A stretch of 64,000 nucleotides of DNA from assembly GCA_001600815.1 (NCBI GenBank), contig BCKZ01000004.1:1-64000 (forward strand), read 5' to 3'. Below are positions 50,655 to 62,397 of the stretch, piece after piece. Source of the stretch: Alloascoidea hylecoeti. Its lineage: Eukaryota. Made by a program: the position numbers and the translations under genes. The stretch's first letter is position 1. Each line of letters starts with the position of its first letter. Under the pieces are notes generated by a model. The model made no database searches, had not been told where the DNA came from, and saw only the letters and a program-made list of their open reading frames with translations.

Positions 50655-51097
50655 GAATATATTTACAATGCAGAAGATACCAGTTGCATTCTCGGGGATG
50701 TTGGAAAGTCCAGGAACCAGCGGAATGTTCGTATGTTCCCTAGTTGATCCTTCCTGTGGAACTTATCACTTGCGATGAATGCGTCATTGTCATGGGTGAT
50801 TCCACCACCTTCCCATGACTATATGTATATCTATAATTTATTGCCTGATGATATTAAAGATAAGTATGATAAAATTAGGAAAAAATGGTTCCTTTCTAGA
50901 CCAGATAGTTATTATTTTGAATGAATAAAAACTGATTCCTATAAAAAGATGAGAAAACCGTCCTCAGCTTAGATGATCATGGATCTCATACAAATATAAC
51001 TAATAGATACCTTCAAAAAACAGATAATGTATTTTGTATTCTTCTGGCACATACGACGGAGATATTACAAGTTCTTGATGTTTCTTCTCTCCATTGA
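50655..51097 (+). mobile_element. Degraded pogo/Fot1-like (DDE_1) DNA transposase relic
   Basis: Colinear fragments EYIYNAEDTSCILG (cf. IYNxDETG), ELITCDECVIVMG (cf. E.VT.IECI.A.G), VLSLDDHGSH and LLAHTTEILQVLDV (cf. LPPHxTHxLQPLDV), broken by stops and frameshifts. Confidence 0.75.
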
Positions 51098-52971
51098 AGA
51101 GATTTGCGTGAAATAACTCAGGAGTTTTACCTAAGAGAGACCAAACTCCTCATATTCCAAAAGGATGGTCTATAGAAAAACAAGAAGATGTAAGTACCAC
51201 ATTTGGTTTTGGACCGGAAAATAGTACCACAAAAGGTCAGTAATTACACTGATACATATGCATAGGCCATTGGAATTACATGCATGGATGCATTTACATG
51301 TATGTCTAGTCTTGTCAATCCATATTTACAACATTGTAAATGTTATATAGGATTATTTTTAATACATTTATAAATATATACATGTATCTTATACTGATTT
51401 GTAGATTAATAGGAAATATTTATATTATATAAAGAAGCGATTTTCCCTAAATTATGGGAAATCAATATATATTTTGAAGCCTTATAGGGAATCTGAGAAA
51501 TAGTATTTTCTTGATAATACTCACTTTATTTCCGTTGGAATGATCACATCTTAGATTTATATAAATTTGTGCCATTATTGATCTTATGTTTACCATTTAT
51601 TAACTGTTTGAAGTGTTGAATACTAGCGAATAATATGTAATGTAACTATTATTGATTGTATTTGATCATTATGATAAAATTCAACGGCAGATTCCAGTTA
51701 CTAGGAATATAACAATCCGTAGAATTAATATTGGAAGTCTTTCCAGTTTTAGAGGATAATTAAAGATTTTTCTGTAATTATGGAAGTTTTAAAGTATTTT
51801 TCATGTATTTTATGGACCAATGTTTTCGATATAGAACAGAAAATTAAAATACATCGGAAATGCATGTGAGAAAAGAGATAAATTCAAATTAACCATAGTA
51901 CTCTATAGATATCTACCTGTGTCAGTAATGTAGTAACCGAAGACTTTACAACATTAGGGTATTGGTTATCATGTAATATTTAATTTCTGAAAAGTTTGAT
52001 TTTGCCATGATTTTTTAGATGGGGGTTAAACTGAAAAATAATTAAAAAAGTTCATGATCATATTTTTGAAGGGCTAATTGTTTTAATTCGGGAATATTTT
52101 GTTTTGTTTGTGTTTAAAAGGTTTTATGCACCGGGCCCGTTAACAGCTGAATTCATTATAAAAGCAACATTTTCTTTATTAAAGGTATTGAAGTTCTCGC
52201 TATAGTATAAAGAGATCAATGTTTATGCATAGATCAATATAAGGGCCTTGATTGTAGTAATATTCCTTGCAATGAGAATAGTGATCGATATATCCCCTGA
52301 GGAAGGTTTATTAATTGTCAGCTGTAACAGTAGACGTAATCTTCTCTTACATATTTTATCCATGGTATTAAAATAAAAGCACGCTACACTGCTACAGTAA
52401 CGTTAGAGCGTCAAATGTGCCTTACTTCATGATCGATAAGGATGTAATTGGCGATGATTACTAGAGTCTTATATAGTCAAGTATTTTCCTTTCATATAAG
52501 CTCATACAGTATGATCTGAATTAAGTTTAGGTTAACCTCAAAATGGACTCCTCATTTGCCTTCAACATTGCCACCACACATATTTATATATACATGAAGA
52601 TCTGTTGAAAGATCAAGACATACTTCAAGCTTTGAAACGAAAAAAGGTGTTAATGAGGGAGTTGCCAGTGAATAATAGCAATGACTGGTACTGTTGGCTA
52701 TACTCTATCCTTGGATACACTTTCAGAACACCCCAGAAGACCATCTTCAGCTATACGTTACATACTCCAACTCTGCTACACAGTTACGGTCCATATCTAC
52801 GAACACGCCATTGAGGACGATGCTCAGCCTTTTAACAGCAAGCGTTGCCAGGTATTGGTACGGCCGGAGAGATTAATTGGCACGGTGGCAGTGCTGTGGG
52901 AGCGTGGTAATAAAAACACATGATGAGTGAGCTGACAAATGGGGCTCACGTGACGGATCAGGCCACAGAAA

Positions 52972-55900
52972 ATGAATTGTTATTTATTTGCTGAATTCTC
53001 CTTCCAAGCCTGTGTTTTGTGGAGGGAAGCGACTAAAATGTTCCGTCACAACTTCGATTTCGAGTATAGTAGCAGTCACCATCAGCAGCACAGCCAGGAC
53101 ACGACAACAACCCCGTTCACCATCGAAGACTGCGATGCGTTTCTGGCCTCGTTGGACCCCATTCCAACCACCGAACCTGATTTCAACATCCACATGGACT
53201 TAGATCCACTGGGGACTCTGACCTCGCTGGACTTCCCGATGGCCGATGTCGACATGAATGTGAGCACCTCGACTCCGTTGAATGACGACCGTCATGTGTA
53301 TCCTTCAGGCACAGGTGTACCAGGTCTAGCCGTGCCCAGTTTGGCTAGAAGTTCGACTTCAGGACCTCCATCTGCGTCGTCTGTTTCTGGTTCAACTTCG
53401 TCTCCGGCATCTTCTCCAGGAACAACAGGATCCGCAGGATCAACGAGATCATACTCTTATACGAAATATCCAACATTAAGACCGATCTTGCCGATATCGT
53501 CAATGCCTCCACTTCATCCGCATTCAAACAGCCTTCCTATTAATACTCAACACCAACATGTAACCTACTACGCGACTGTAAACTCCAGAAATCGGATCTC
53601 AAAACCAAAGAAAGAAAAATCCGCCCATAATATGATTGAAAAACGATATAGAACAAATATAAATGATAAAATCCTAATCCTTAGAGATTGTGTACCTAGT
53701 TTAAAATGTTTAGTTGAAGGTAAAGATGAAAATGCAGATCTAGATGGTTTATCTGCCGCTACAAAATTAAATAAAGGTACAATATTAACTAAAGCAACTG
53801 AATATATTAAGCATTTACAGAAGAAAAATGAAGAGTTAATAAAAGAAAATGAAAAATTAAAAGCTGATAAAACTGGTAGTAAGAAGGAAATGGTTGATAT
53901 TGATGTTGATATGGATTCTAAGAAAATAAAGATTAAATCCGAGTCTCCACAACCACAACCAATTACACCGAGATCAGATTCTTCACCATCAGAATCAATA
54001 TCTTCGCCAGAATCATCAACAACAAATACATCTTTATTATCGCCAAGAGCTCACCAAGATTCTTCTTCAAAATTAGTTATGACTGCAATGGCTGGTATCG
54101 TTGCAACCGGACTTATTAACGATCTTGACTCTGCTGCATCTGATAGATCTTCATTATCATCAATACCAACGCCGATTGTAATGACAATCTCTGAAATGAT
54201 GGGTCTTAAAACATTATTTTGGGCTTTTAGATTAACTTTATTAATGGTTACTGTTTTTAATATTTTATCTCCTGATAATAAAAATAAAAAATATAATAAA
54301 TTTAAAAAAAATAGAAAAATTCATCATGCAACTACAAACAATACAACAAATGATTCTGATAATAATGATACAACTAATAGTTTAAAAGGTAAAGGTATAT
54401 CAATACATGATTTAAGAATTAAAATTTGGAAAATAACTACTAGAAATGATTTATTCTTATCATCAAGAAATGATACTGATGTAGGATATTATGATGATAA
54501 TAAATCAACTTCAATTTTTAATGCAATTATTCCTTTCTGTTTATTAATTCTTAAATTATCAATGATTTTTATTATTGGAAGAGAGAATTTCCAATCATTA
54601 TTATACTATACTGATTCTTTAACTTCATTTGTAACATCATCTTCAACAACATCATCAGTACATGAAAACAATACAGATAATAATAAAAATAAAAAATTTA
54701 AAAATCAAGATGCTCAATATGTTTTAATATCAAGATCAATTGATTCTCAATTAACAGGTGGTGATTCAAAAGTTTCATTATCTAGATTAATTTATACTTT
54801 TTTAATGGGATTTTTATTACCCTCAAGTCCAATTAGATTAATGACATCAGCAATTCATTCAAAATTAATTTGTGAATGTTATTTTTCAAATTCAAAAATT
54901 TTAAATAAAACTTGGAAAAAATTTTGGTTTTCAATATCAATTAAATGTTGGATTTATGCAAGACAAATGATACAAGAATATGAATTTGATTTATCATCAC
55001 AAAATAAAAAAATTGATTATTCAAATATAACTGATATTGATTCATTTCAATTATCAAAACATTTAAGAGATTTATTGATTGAATCTGATGAATTTGAATT
55101 TTTTAATAATGATATTATTTGGATTAAAATGTTACAATTAATTTTTATATCAAATAATATTGAAAATTATCCATTAATTTTATTAAATCATAATATTAAT
55201 TCAAATAATCGAAATAATAATAATACTAGTAATAATAAACAATTATCATTTTTAATTGAATCTGATGATGTTATAAATAATTTTGATTTAAAAAGTCCTT
55301 TAGATATTTTATCAATTTGGTACTCAAAATATCTATTAAATTCAATTTTAGAAAAAATTATTATTTATGATCAAAATCATATGATAAATAAATTAAATTA
55401 TGATGAAAATTCCTCTGATTTTGATTTTGATTATGATTTTGATATTGATTATTTAAATTCAAAAATTATGATTAAAAATGATATTGATTATGAATTAAAT
55501 ATTAAAATTCAAGATATGATTAAAGATTCATTTATGATTATTCCAAAAATTTGTACTGATATGGTTTTACAATGTTATTTTATAAAATGTTTATTTAAAG
55601 ATAATTTGGAAAAAACAAATTTAATTGATTTAGTAAATTTTATTAAAACAAATGTTTTAACCAACAATAAAATCCATGATAATAATATTAATAACAATAA
55701 TTTTGATAATGATGATAAAGGATTTGAAAATTCTTTAAATTTAAATCAACAAATTTCATTATATTCATGTTTTACAATATATTATTTAAAAAATTCAAAT
55801 TTTAAAATGATGTTTTATTATTTAAAAAAATTAAATTTATTAAAAAAATCAATTTATAATCAATTAAATTATTTTGAAAATAATAATTTTAATAAAATTA

Positions 55901-56385
55901 ATAATGATTTAATTCAAATTAAAAATAATACACAAAAAAATATTATTATTAATGATATTAATGATGAACCAGAAATTTTTGATTTAATTAGTTTTTGTGG
56001 TTTAATTACAATAATTCGAAAAATTGAAAAATTATCAAATTTAGGCAAAATTCAAATTCACAATAATGAAAATGATAATATTACATTAAATAATAGTGAA
56101 TCTGAATCTGATGATGAGCCAAAAACTCCTTTATCTTCTTCACAATGTTATAATTGTGATGATGATTTTCAATATGATTTTCAATTTCAAGATGAAGAAA
56201 ATTTAGCAAATTATATTGAAACTATTGCTGGAATTTGTAGAATTTGGGTTGGTTCTGATAATAAACGAATAAAAAATTGTGGTTTGGAAATGAGTACTAG
56301 AAGAGAAATTAGTGATTGGTGTGTTAAAATGGGTTGTTGGTTTGGCGGAGTGGATTTTATTGATGAAGGATATGCAAGTTATTAA
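52972..56385 (+). CDS. SREBP-family bHLH transcription factor with transmembrane segments and long C-terminal domain (alternative start 53038)
   Basis: KSAHNMIEKRYRTNINDKI with the SREBP-specific Tyr, KLNKGTILTKATEYIKHL, two hydrophobic segments, DSQLTGGD..SRL motif. Confidence 0.88.
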   Translation: MNCYLFAEFSFQACVLWREATKMFRHNFDFEYSSSHHQQHSQDTTTTPFTIEDCDAFLASLDPIPTTEPDFNIHMDLDPLGTLTSLDFPMADVDMNVSTSTPLNDDRHVYPSGTGVPGLAVPSLARSSTSGPPSASSVSGSTSSPASSPGTTGSAGSTRSYSYTKYPTLRPILPISSMPPLHPHSNSLPINTQHQHVTYYATVNSRNRISKPKKEKSAHNMIEKRYRTNINDKILILRDCVPSLKCLVEGKDENADLDGLSAATKLNKGTILTKATEYIKHLQKKNEELIKENEKLKADKTGSKKEMVDIDVDMDSKKIKIKSESPQPQPITPRSDSSPSESISSPESSTTNTSLLSPRAHQDSSSKLVMTAMAGIVATGLINDLDSAASDRSSLSSIPTPIVMTISEMMGLKTLFWAFRLTLLMVTVFNILSPDNKNKKYNKFKKNRKIHHATTNNTTNDSDNNDTTNSLKGKGISIHDLRIKIWKITTRNDLFLSSRNDTDVGYYDDNKSTSIFNAIIPFCLLILKLSMIFIIGRENFQSLLYYTDSLTSFVTSSSTTSSVHENNTDNNKNKKFKNQDAQYVLISRSIDSQLTGGDSKVSLSRLIYTFLMGFLLPSSPIRLMTSAIHSKLICECYFSNSKILNKTWKKFWFSISIKCWIYARQMIQEYEFDLSSQNKKIDYSNITDIDSFQLSKHLRDLLIESDEFEFFNNDIIWIKMLQLIFISNNIENYPLILLNHNINSNNRNNNNTSNNKQLSFLIESDDVINNFDLKSPLDILSIWYSKYLLNSILEKIIIYDQNHMINKLNYDENSSDFDFDYDFDIDYLNSKIMIKNDIDYELNIKIQDMIKDSFMIIPKICTDMVLQCYFIKCLFKDNLEKTNLIDLVNFIKTNVLTNNKIHDNNINNNNFDNDDKGFENSLNLNQQISLYSCFTIYYLKNSNFKMMFYYLKKLNLLKKSIYNQLNYFENNNFNKINNDLIQIKNNTQKNIIINDINDEPEIFDLISFCGLITIIRKIEKLSNLGKIQIHNNENDNITLNNSESESDDEPKTPLSSSQCYNCDDDFQYDFQFQDEENLANYIETIAGICRIWVGSDNKRIKNCGLEMSTRREISDWCVKMGCWFGGVDFIDEGYASY

Positions 56386-57836
56386 CATTATTAACAAAAC
56401 GTTATTAACAAGATGTTATTAATGATTAATGATTGTTGTAATTGGTACCAACGGGAAAATGTTTTTTATATGAAGAATCTTTTTTTTTTCTCTTTTTTCT
56501 CTTTTTATTTTAATTTTTATTATCTTATACCTATATAAATTTCTATTCATTCATTATCTACTTAAAAAGTCCCTTAATTTATTATGATATCATTTATACA
56601 CATTAATTTACCCTTCTTATTTATTTATTTACTATAGTAAATAGTTATATATACTTTAATTTATTTTGTCTTTTTCTATAAAATATGAAACTTACATATT
56701 CTACAAATCTCTATCATTTGTACCTGTTAGTTATATATTATATATAATGTTTGCAATTTTACCGAGTTGTTTAAATTAACTCTTACTTAGAATTCAAAGT
56801 TTATTGGATATTTACTTTTTGTTACTTGACTATAATTAGCTATAGGTTAGATTGTGAATCTTTTTCAAACCCCGTATTTAAATTTCATTTAAAAGCTCTT
56901 TTTTTTTTTATAATAACTAACAGCCCTATGTTTTAAAATCTAAAAAATTATTGCCTATATAAAAAGTCTCCTCTAAGATGAGACACAGCAGAATCTGGCA
57001 TATCTATGAGGTAGTACCGATGGGTCGTCTCGAATTTATTTGTTTTATGAAATATATAACCATAACTCGAATAACTACAACATTAATAACCTTAATAAAA
57101 TTGTCTACATAATTTATAATCGGCGATAAAATCTATTTAATAAGAAACATTAATAAGTATTGTGAAAAAGAAAATTCTTTATTACATTAGCCGCCTAAGA
57201 AATATAGTTATATATTAAGAAATCAACCCAAATAACACTTCCCTCTGTACACATAACAATTTTACATATGATCCTCTCATTTAAATTTTTCTTATACCTA
57301 TTCAAACAGTAATTTTTTTATACCTGATAAATTTAAAAAGATTGATGATAATACTGCCATGAAATACCTACTATCAATTATATTCTAGATAAGGATATGC
57401 TTCGACATAAAATTATAAATTTTTTAAAAAAAATAGTGATAAATAATAAATCACACTTAACAAATCGTTTGGTAAGTTAAAATCCAATTACTATAAATTG
57501 GAGGTTTATTGCATAACTTAAATTGTTTATTAAAGCCATAGATTTCAATGGTAAAACTTTTAAGTATGATCACAATTCATAACTATATGTATATCGATGA
57601 TTATGATTTAAAAATTGATGTCGGTGATTCAAGATACATGTATTGAGATTTATATTTAAATAACAGATATTACAGCTTTTTCCCCTTGTAGCGATATCTA
57701 TGGAAATATTAGCGAAACTTTTGAAAAAAAATTAGTATGAATAGTTATAACCCATCAATATATATAATATGATTCACTTTATACGTGTATAATATAATTT
57801 ATATTGAAAGTTTCTAGCTTGTATTAAGTTTTATAG

Positions 57837-60800
57837 TTATCCAACCAAAAGTAAATTTGGTACATTACTATTATAATTTTGATCGAGAGTTAATTGAATA
57901 ACTAATTGAATATAATAATATTTGGGATGACACATTGATATCTTAAAGTTTATTTGGCCTTCAAATCCATTATCTGTATCTGTACCTGTGCATTCTAAAA
58001 GTTTAATATTGCTCCCAGTTATAATTTGCTTTAAATTTCCATTATCATTATTATTATCAATATTATTAGAAGATCTAACAATTTTTCTGATTTCTACAAT
58101 CTCATCACTTGCTATGATTAGATAACCGCATAAATATTTAACAGTATTAGCTTTACTTAAGTAATAAATAAAGTTATTCGGTCTTGTAATCAACATAAAT
58201 TGATTGCAAAATAATGCAAATTCATTGTAACATAGAATATATTCAATTTCTGATATACGGTAAATCGATAGAGGTTTCGGTTGATTAAGAGAAGTTGCAG
58301 AAAATGTAAGTTGTTCAACCATTTGATTTAGATTTGCTGTCTGAAATTCATAATCATATTTATCTAGTATTTGTTTTTCTGTATATGGTGCGGGTGAAAC
58401 GCCTTGTGTCTTTCTATCAATACGTTTAAATCCATGATTTGTATGTAATACTATACCATTATCAAAAATAGTTAAACCATGACAATCACATTCAAGTGTG
58501 AACTCTTTTTTAGAAAATTTCTTTCGATATAGCTCCATACTATCAATCCCAAGAATAATGTTTCGAAATTGTGATGATGAAGATAATGAAAATATTTTCT
58601 TTTTCAAATAAATAATCTCTGATCTAGCATTTCTCATTCCTGTTGATTCAAATAATTGAACATCTTCTTTTGCTAATTTAGTAAGGTGTATTAGAGGTAT
58701 AATATTACATTTTTCAAAATAATAGATTGCGACATCTAAAACGAATCCAATAAGTGATTTTTCATACAAAATTACAATTGAATATTTATGATCATTTATT
58801 CCATTGGGTCCTGTATCATATTGTTTATGTCTATTAAAATTAGATGTTGTAATTATATCCATTTTTATTATATTTTTTAAATCACATATTTTCCTCCATG
58901 TTTTTGAATCATTTGTTTTACCCATGAAAATGCCATTTTCAAACCCTAATAATGTATAGCTAGTATCAGTCACTGGATCTGAAAATGATACTGAGCATTT
59001 AATCTCAGTTGAATTCAAGCGTTTGCATTGATCAATATTTTCTCTATCTTTTTTTTCAGCTACAAGTGTAGATATTGTTCTGGAAACTGAATTATCACTG
59101 TCATCATCACGATCGGTAAGTTCAAATAATTGGTAATTGTAACCAGAAGTACTAGTAAATGTATTTTTAAATGGAGTTATCGGGTCATAATAAAAATTAC
59201 AGTCACTTATTATCTTGAGTTTAAAAGGTTCAGTATTATTATTAATCGTATATGAATAATAACTCTTTTTGGCATTTAAAAGACATTTAATCCAATCATC
59301 TCGTACGTCCTTATTTGAAGCACCGAATGTATGGACTGTATTGCCGATATGTGTTACTTTGAACGGAAACTTAAATGATGTCAAAGTTGATGGGAGTTCA
59401 TTCCCTTCTCCATTTCGATTGATATTTTGGACGCTATTTTTACTAATTCTTCTCAAAGATGAAGATCTATTCATTTCAGTTTGATTTGCGCAGATAACCT
59501 TACTTGTCAGTAAGGGTATTGGAATTGGCTAGAATATTAATATTGTTTCTTATAATTTCAAATTTCGACTTTTTAACTTACCATTGCAATAAGGTTATAT
59601 ATTTCAAATGGTTTTGTTATTGTTATTTCACAAATCAACAAACAGTTATCAAATAAAAACAACCGATATCTTTTATAATTTTGTAACCAATTATTAGAAT
59701 TTTTATAGATGATTTCACCTTCTTTAATCAATACTCTATAAGGTTTAAAAAAATCATCAACCTCGTTTAACTTGAGCTCAAATTTAATATTATTAAATTT
59801 TAATCGTTTTTTATTAGTAATCCTATTAATTATTTCTCCAATATGCTTACATTTTTCCAATTTTTTAAGCAATATTTCAACTTTGTTTGATATAGATTTT
59901 AATTGAGCAAATTCAGTTGAATGGAGATTATAATCGGATTTAATTAATTTTTCTATCATTAGTGGATACTTAACCAATAATCCACTGACCAATGTTAAAA
60001 GTAAAGCATCAAAAGTGATATTTCTATGAAATAACCTATCCATCTCTTTAACCCACTTATTAAATCTAGTATCTTTACCATTATCATTCTTTGAGTTTAA
60101 CTCCAATAAATCAAGAAGTTTTGGGTAATTAAATGAAAATTTCAGATATGAACTTTCAGTGTCTTTATTAGTTATCCAATTGAATAGTATATCAATAACA
60201 CTATTAATATTGAGGAATTTTCCTTCTTCTTTTAACATTTTCAATAATGGATCAAGCACTAGCGCCTTATGTATATTCATAATTGGTATCCAATTCCCAA
60301 ATGTAGATTCCCAAAATTCCAACTGTAAAATGCCATCATTATTATCCCTATGGCCAATCAATGATGGGTTTACAGTTTTAAAAGACTTGCCATACCAATC
60401 AATAAAAATTTGATGCCTCTCAAATCTCTCCTGCTCAACTGTTATAAATTCAAAAATTGAAAATTGCAATTCTTGAACATTTTTAGGGATTTTTGATAAT
60501 TCTTCTTTGCCAATATTCCAATACTTTGACCAATCATCAAATTTACCTATACGCTTATATTTCTCAGTGATGTATGATTTATTCAAACAATAGTCAGGTT
60601 TTGATGTAAATCTCCAATCAATTCTGGTATTCACTTCACCTAATATAATATCCTTTTCAGTGTTATCTGATAATTCCTTAATCATTACTAAGACATTTTC
60701 TAATTTCTTGTTCGTTTGGTAATCATTATTATTTTCAAAGGTTAATAACTTTTCAAAGAAAATTATATATTTTTTTAATGAAATAATTGATTTTAGTAAA

Positions 60801-61564
60801 TTAGGAAAATTATATTCAATAATATTAATTTCATTTCTTTTTCCCTTTGAACTTTTAAATTTTTCATTTTTTTTATTAATCCAATCAATAAAAGAATTTT
60901 TAAATTTTGATTCATATTTAAAAAGATTTAAAAGATATGAATAATTTAATGAATAGTTTAAATATAATTTCGCCTTTTTTTTAACTTTGATCCCATTAAT
61001 CACTTTATCACATATTTCATTAATTTTATCATCATTAACAATTTTATTTTTTTGTCTTATTTCTAATAATGGATTGATTAAATTGACTTTATTATATGTA
61101 TTAATTTCTGTTAATTCCTTAAATGTTCTTTTCCAGTTAAAAGCATTATTTGTACTAATTATACTAGCATAATTATAGAATTCAATTAATTCATTATTTT
61201 TTTCGTATTGTAACTTTTCATCACCAATAAAATCAAAGATAATCGTTTGTTTATTTATAACGTTTATTCGTAACCTCTGGTCTAATGAAAATTCATCTGA
61301 GATACTCCAGTATTTAGCCCAGTTGGAATTTCCAATTGCTTTTGAATATTCAGATATAAACTTTTTACTCTCATTTTGTGAACGTGAAATGGCACTTTGT
61401 CTCCTTAAGCCTACGGGTACGGGTTTGCGCTTATAGAAGTCCTTTATAGGTAATGAAATAGTATTTGAGCGTGCTCCAGAATAATCAAGGCCATAATTGC
61501 TGTTATGATGAAGAAGATCGCGAGGCTCAGATCTATTTAAAGGAGCTGTAGAATCAGTACCCAT
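57837..61564 (-). CDS. Divergent Rom/Tus1-like RhoGEF (DH-like x2, PH, CNH; 1224 aa); exons 61564-59582, 59528-57837
   Basis: A GTAAGT..TAG 53-nt intron gives YNLIAM|PIPIPLL. Motifs: QFSIFEFITVE, LVKYPLMIEKL, LFLFDNCLLI, FPFKVTHIG, EYILCYNEFALF. Confidence 0.8.
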
Positions 61565-62397
61565 TGTATAACAATGTGATATGAGTTTAGAATGATACTA
61601 TAGTTACTATACTAAGAAAGATAAAAACGTGTGAGGTATAAAAGAATTGTATATCATTCATTATGCTTTAGCCTACAAACACTGGATTCTATACACTCGA
61701 TTAATTATAAGTGCAATGTTTTTTTCATGTGTTTATGGAGACCAAATAAATTAAAAACCAATAAAAAACATGAATAATACTTATAATATAACCACTTAAT
61801 AAACTTGTAGTTGGTGATAAGAGTAATCTCAAATGAATTAGAAAAATATAATTTGCGGGTACTGCGACAGATGGCAGACGAGAGACGTAGCTATAGTAAA
61901 AATGATACAGTTCTTTGAGCTCGAGGAGTACCCGTAGAACACATTTCCACCACTCTTCCAAGGGAAGGCTGAGATAGAGAGGCGGATAACCCTTCTTCGA
62001 TCCTTATTCCAGGAAACGATATAACACATTTAGTGGGAAAAGGGAAACACTAACAGACTCAAATCCTGAAGGACACAGGTACACGTAAAATTCCACGACC
62101 CAGCCATCATCATTGATACTACTCCACCAGAGAGTTGGTTTCATCGTGTAAGACATCCACCGAAGCGACCATTTTATATATAGGTGAAGTCTGAAGAGTA
62201 CACAAAACTTGTTTATGACGATCAAACTTCCTATATAGTCCAGGGCCAGCCTCCAGAATCCATAACTGATTAAAATTGTAAATTATTTAATATAATAGAG
62301 GAACTGTTTTACCCCCTCATTTAGATCTGTCCATCTTTAATTTAAATTTAATTTCTTCAAATGTTTTCATTCTTTTCAAAGAATCCTTAAGAGTAAA

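Noticed and set aside
52542..52923. Short overlapping ORFs upstream of SREBP
   Set aside because: No recognisable motif, ATG or consistent splice model; cannot support a gene.
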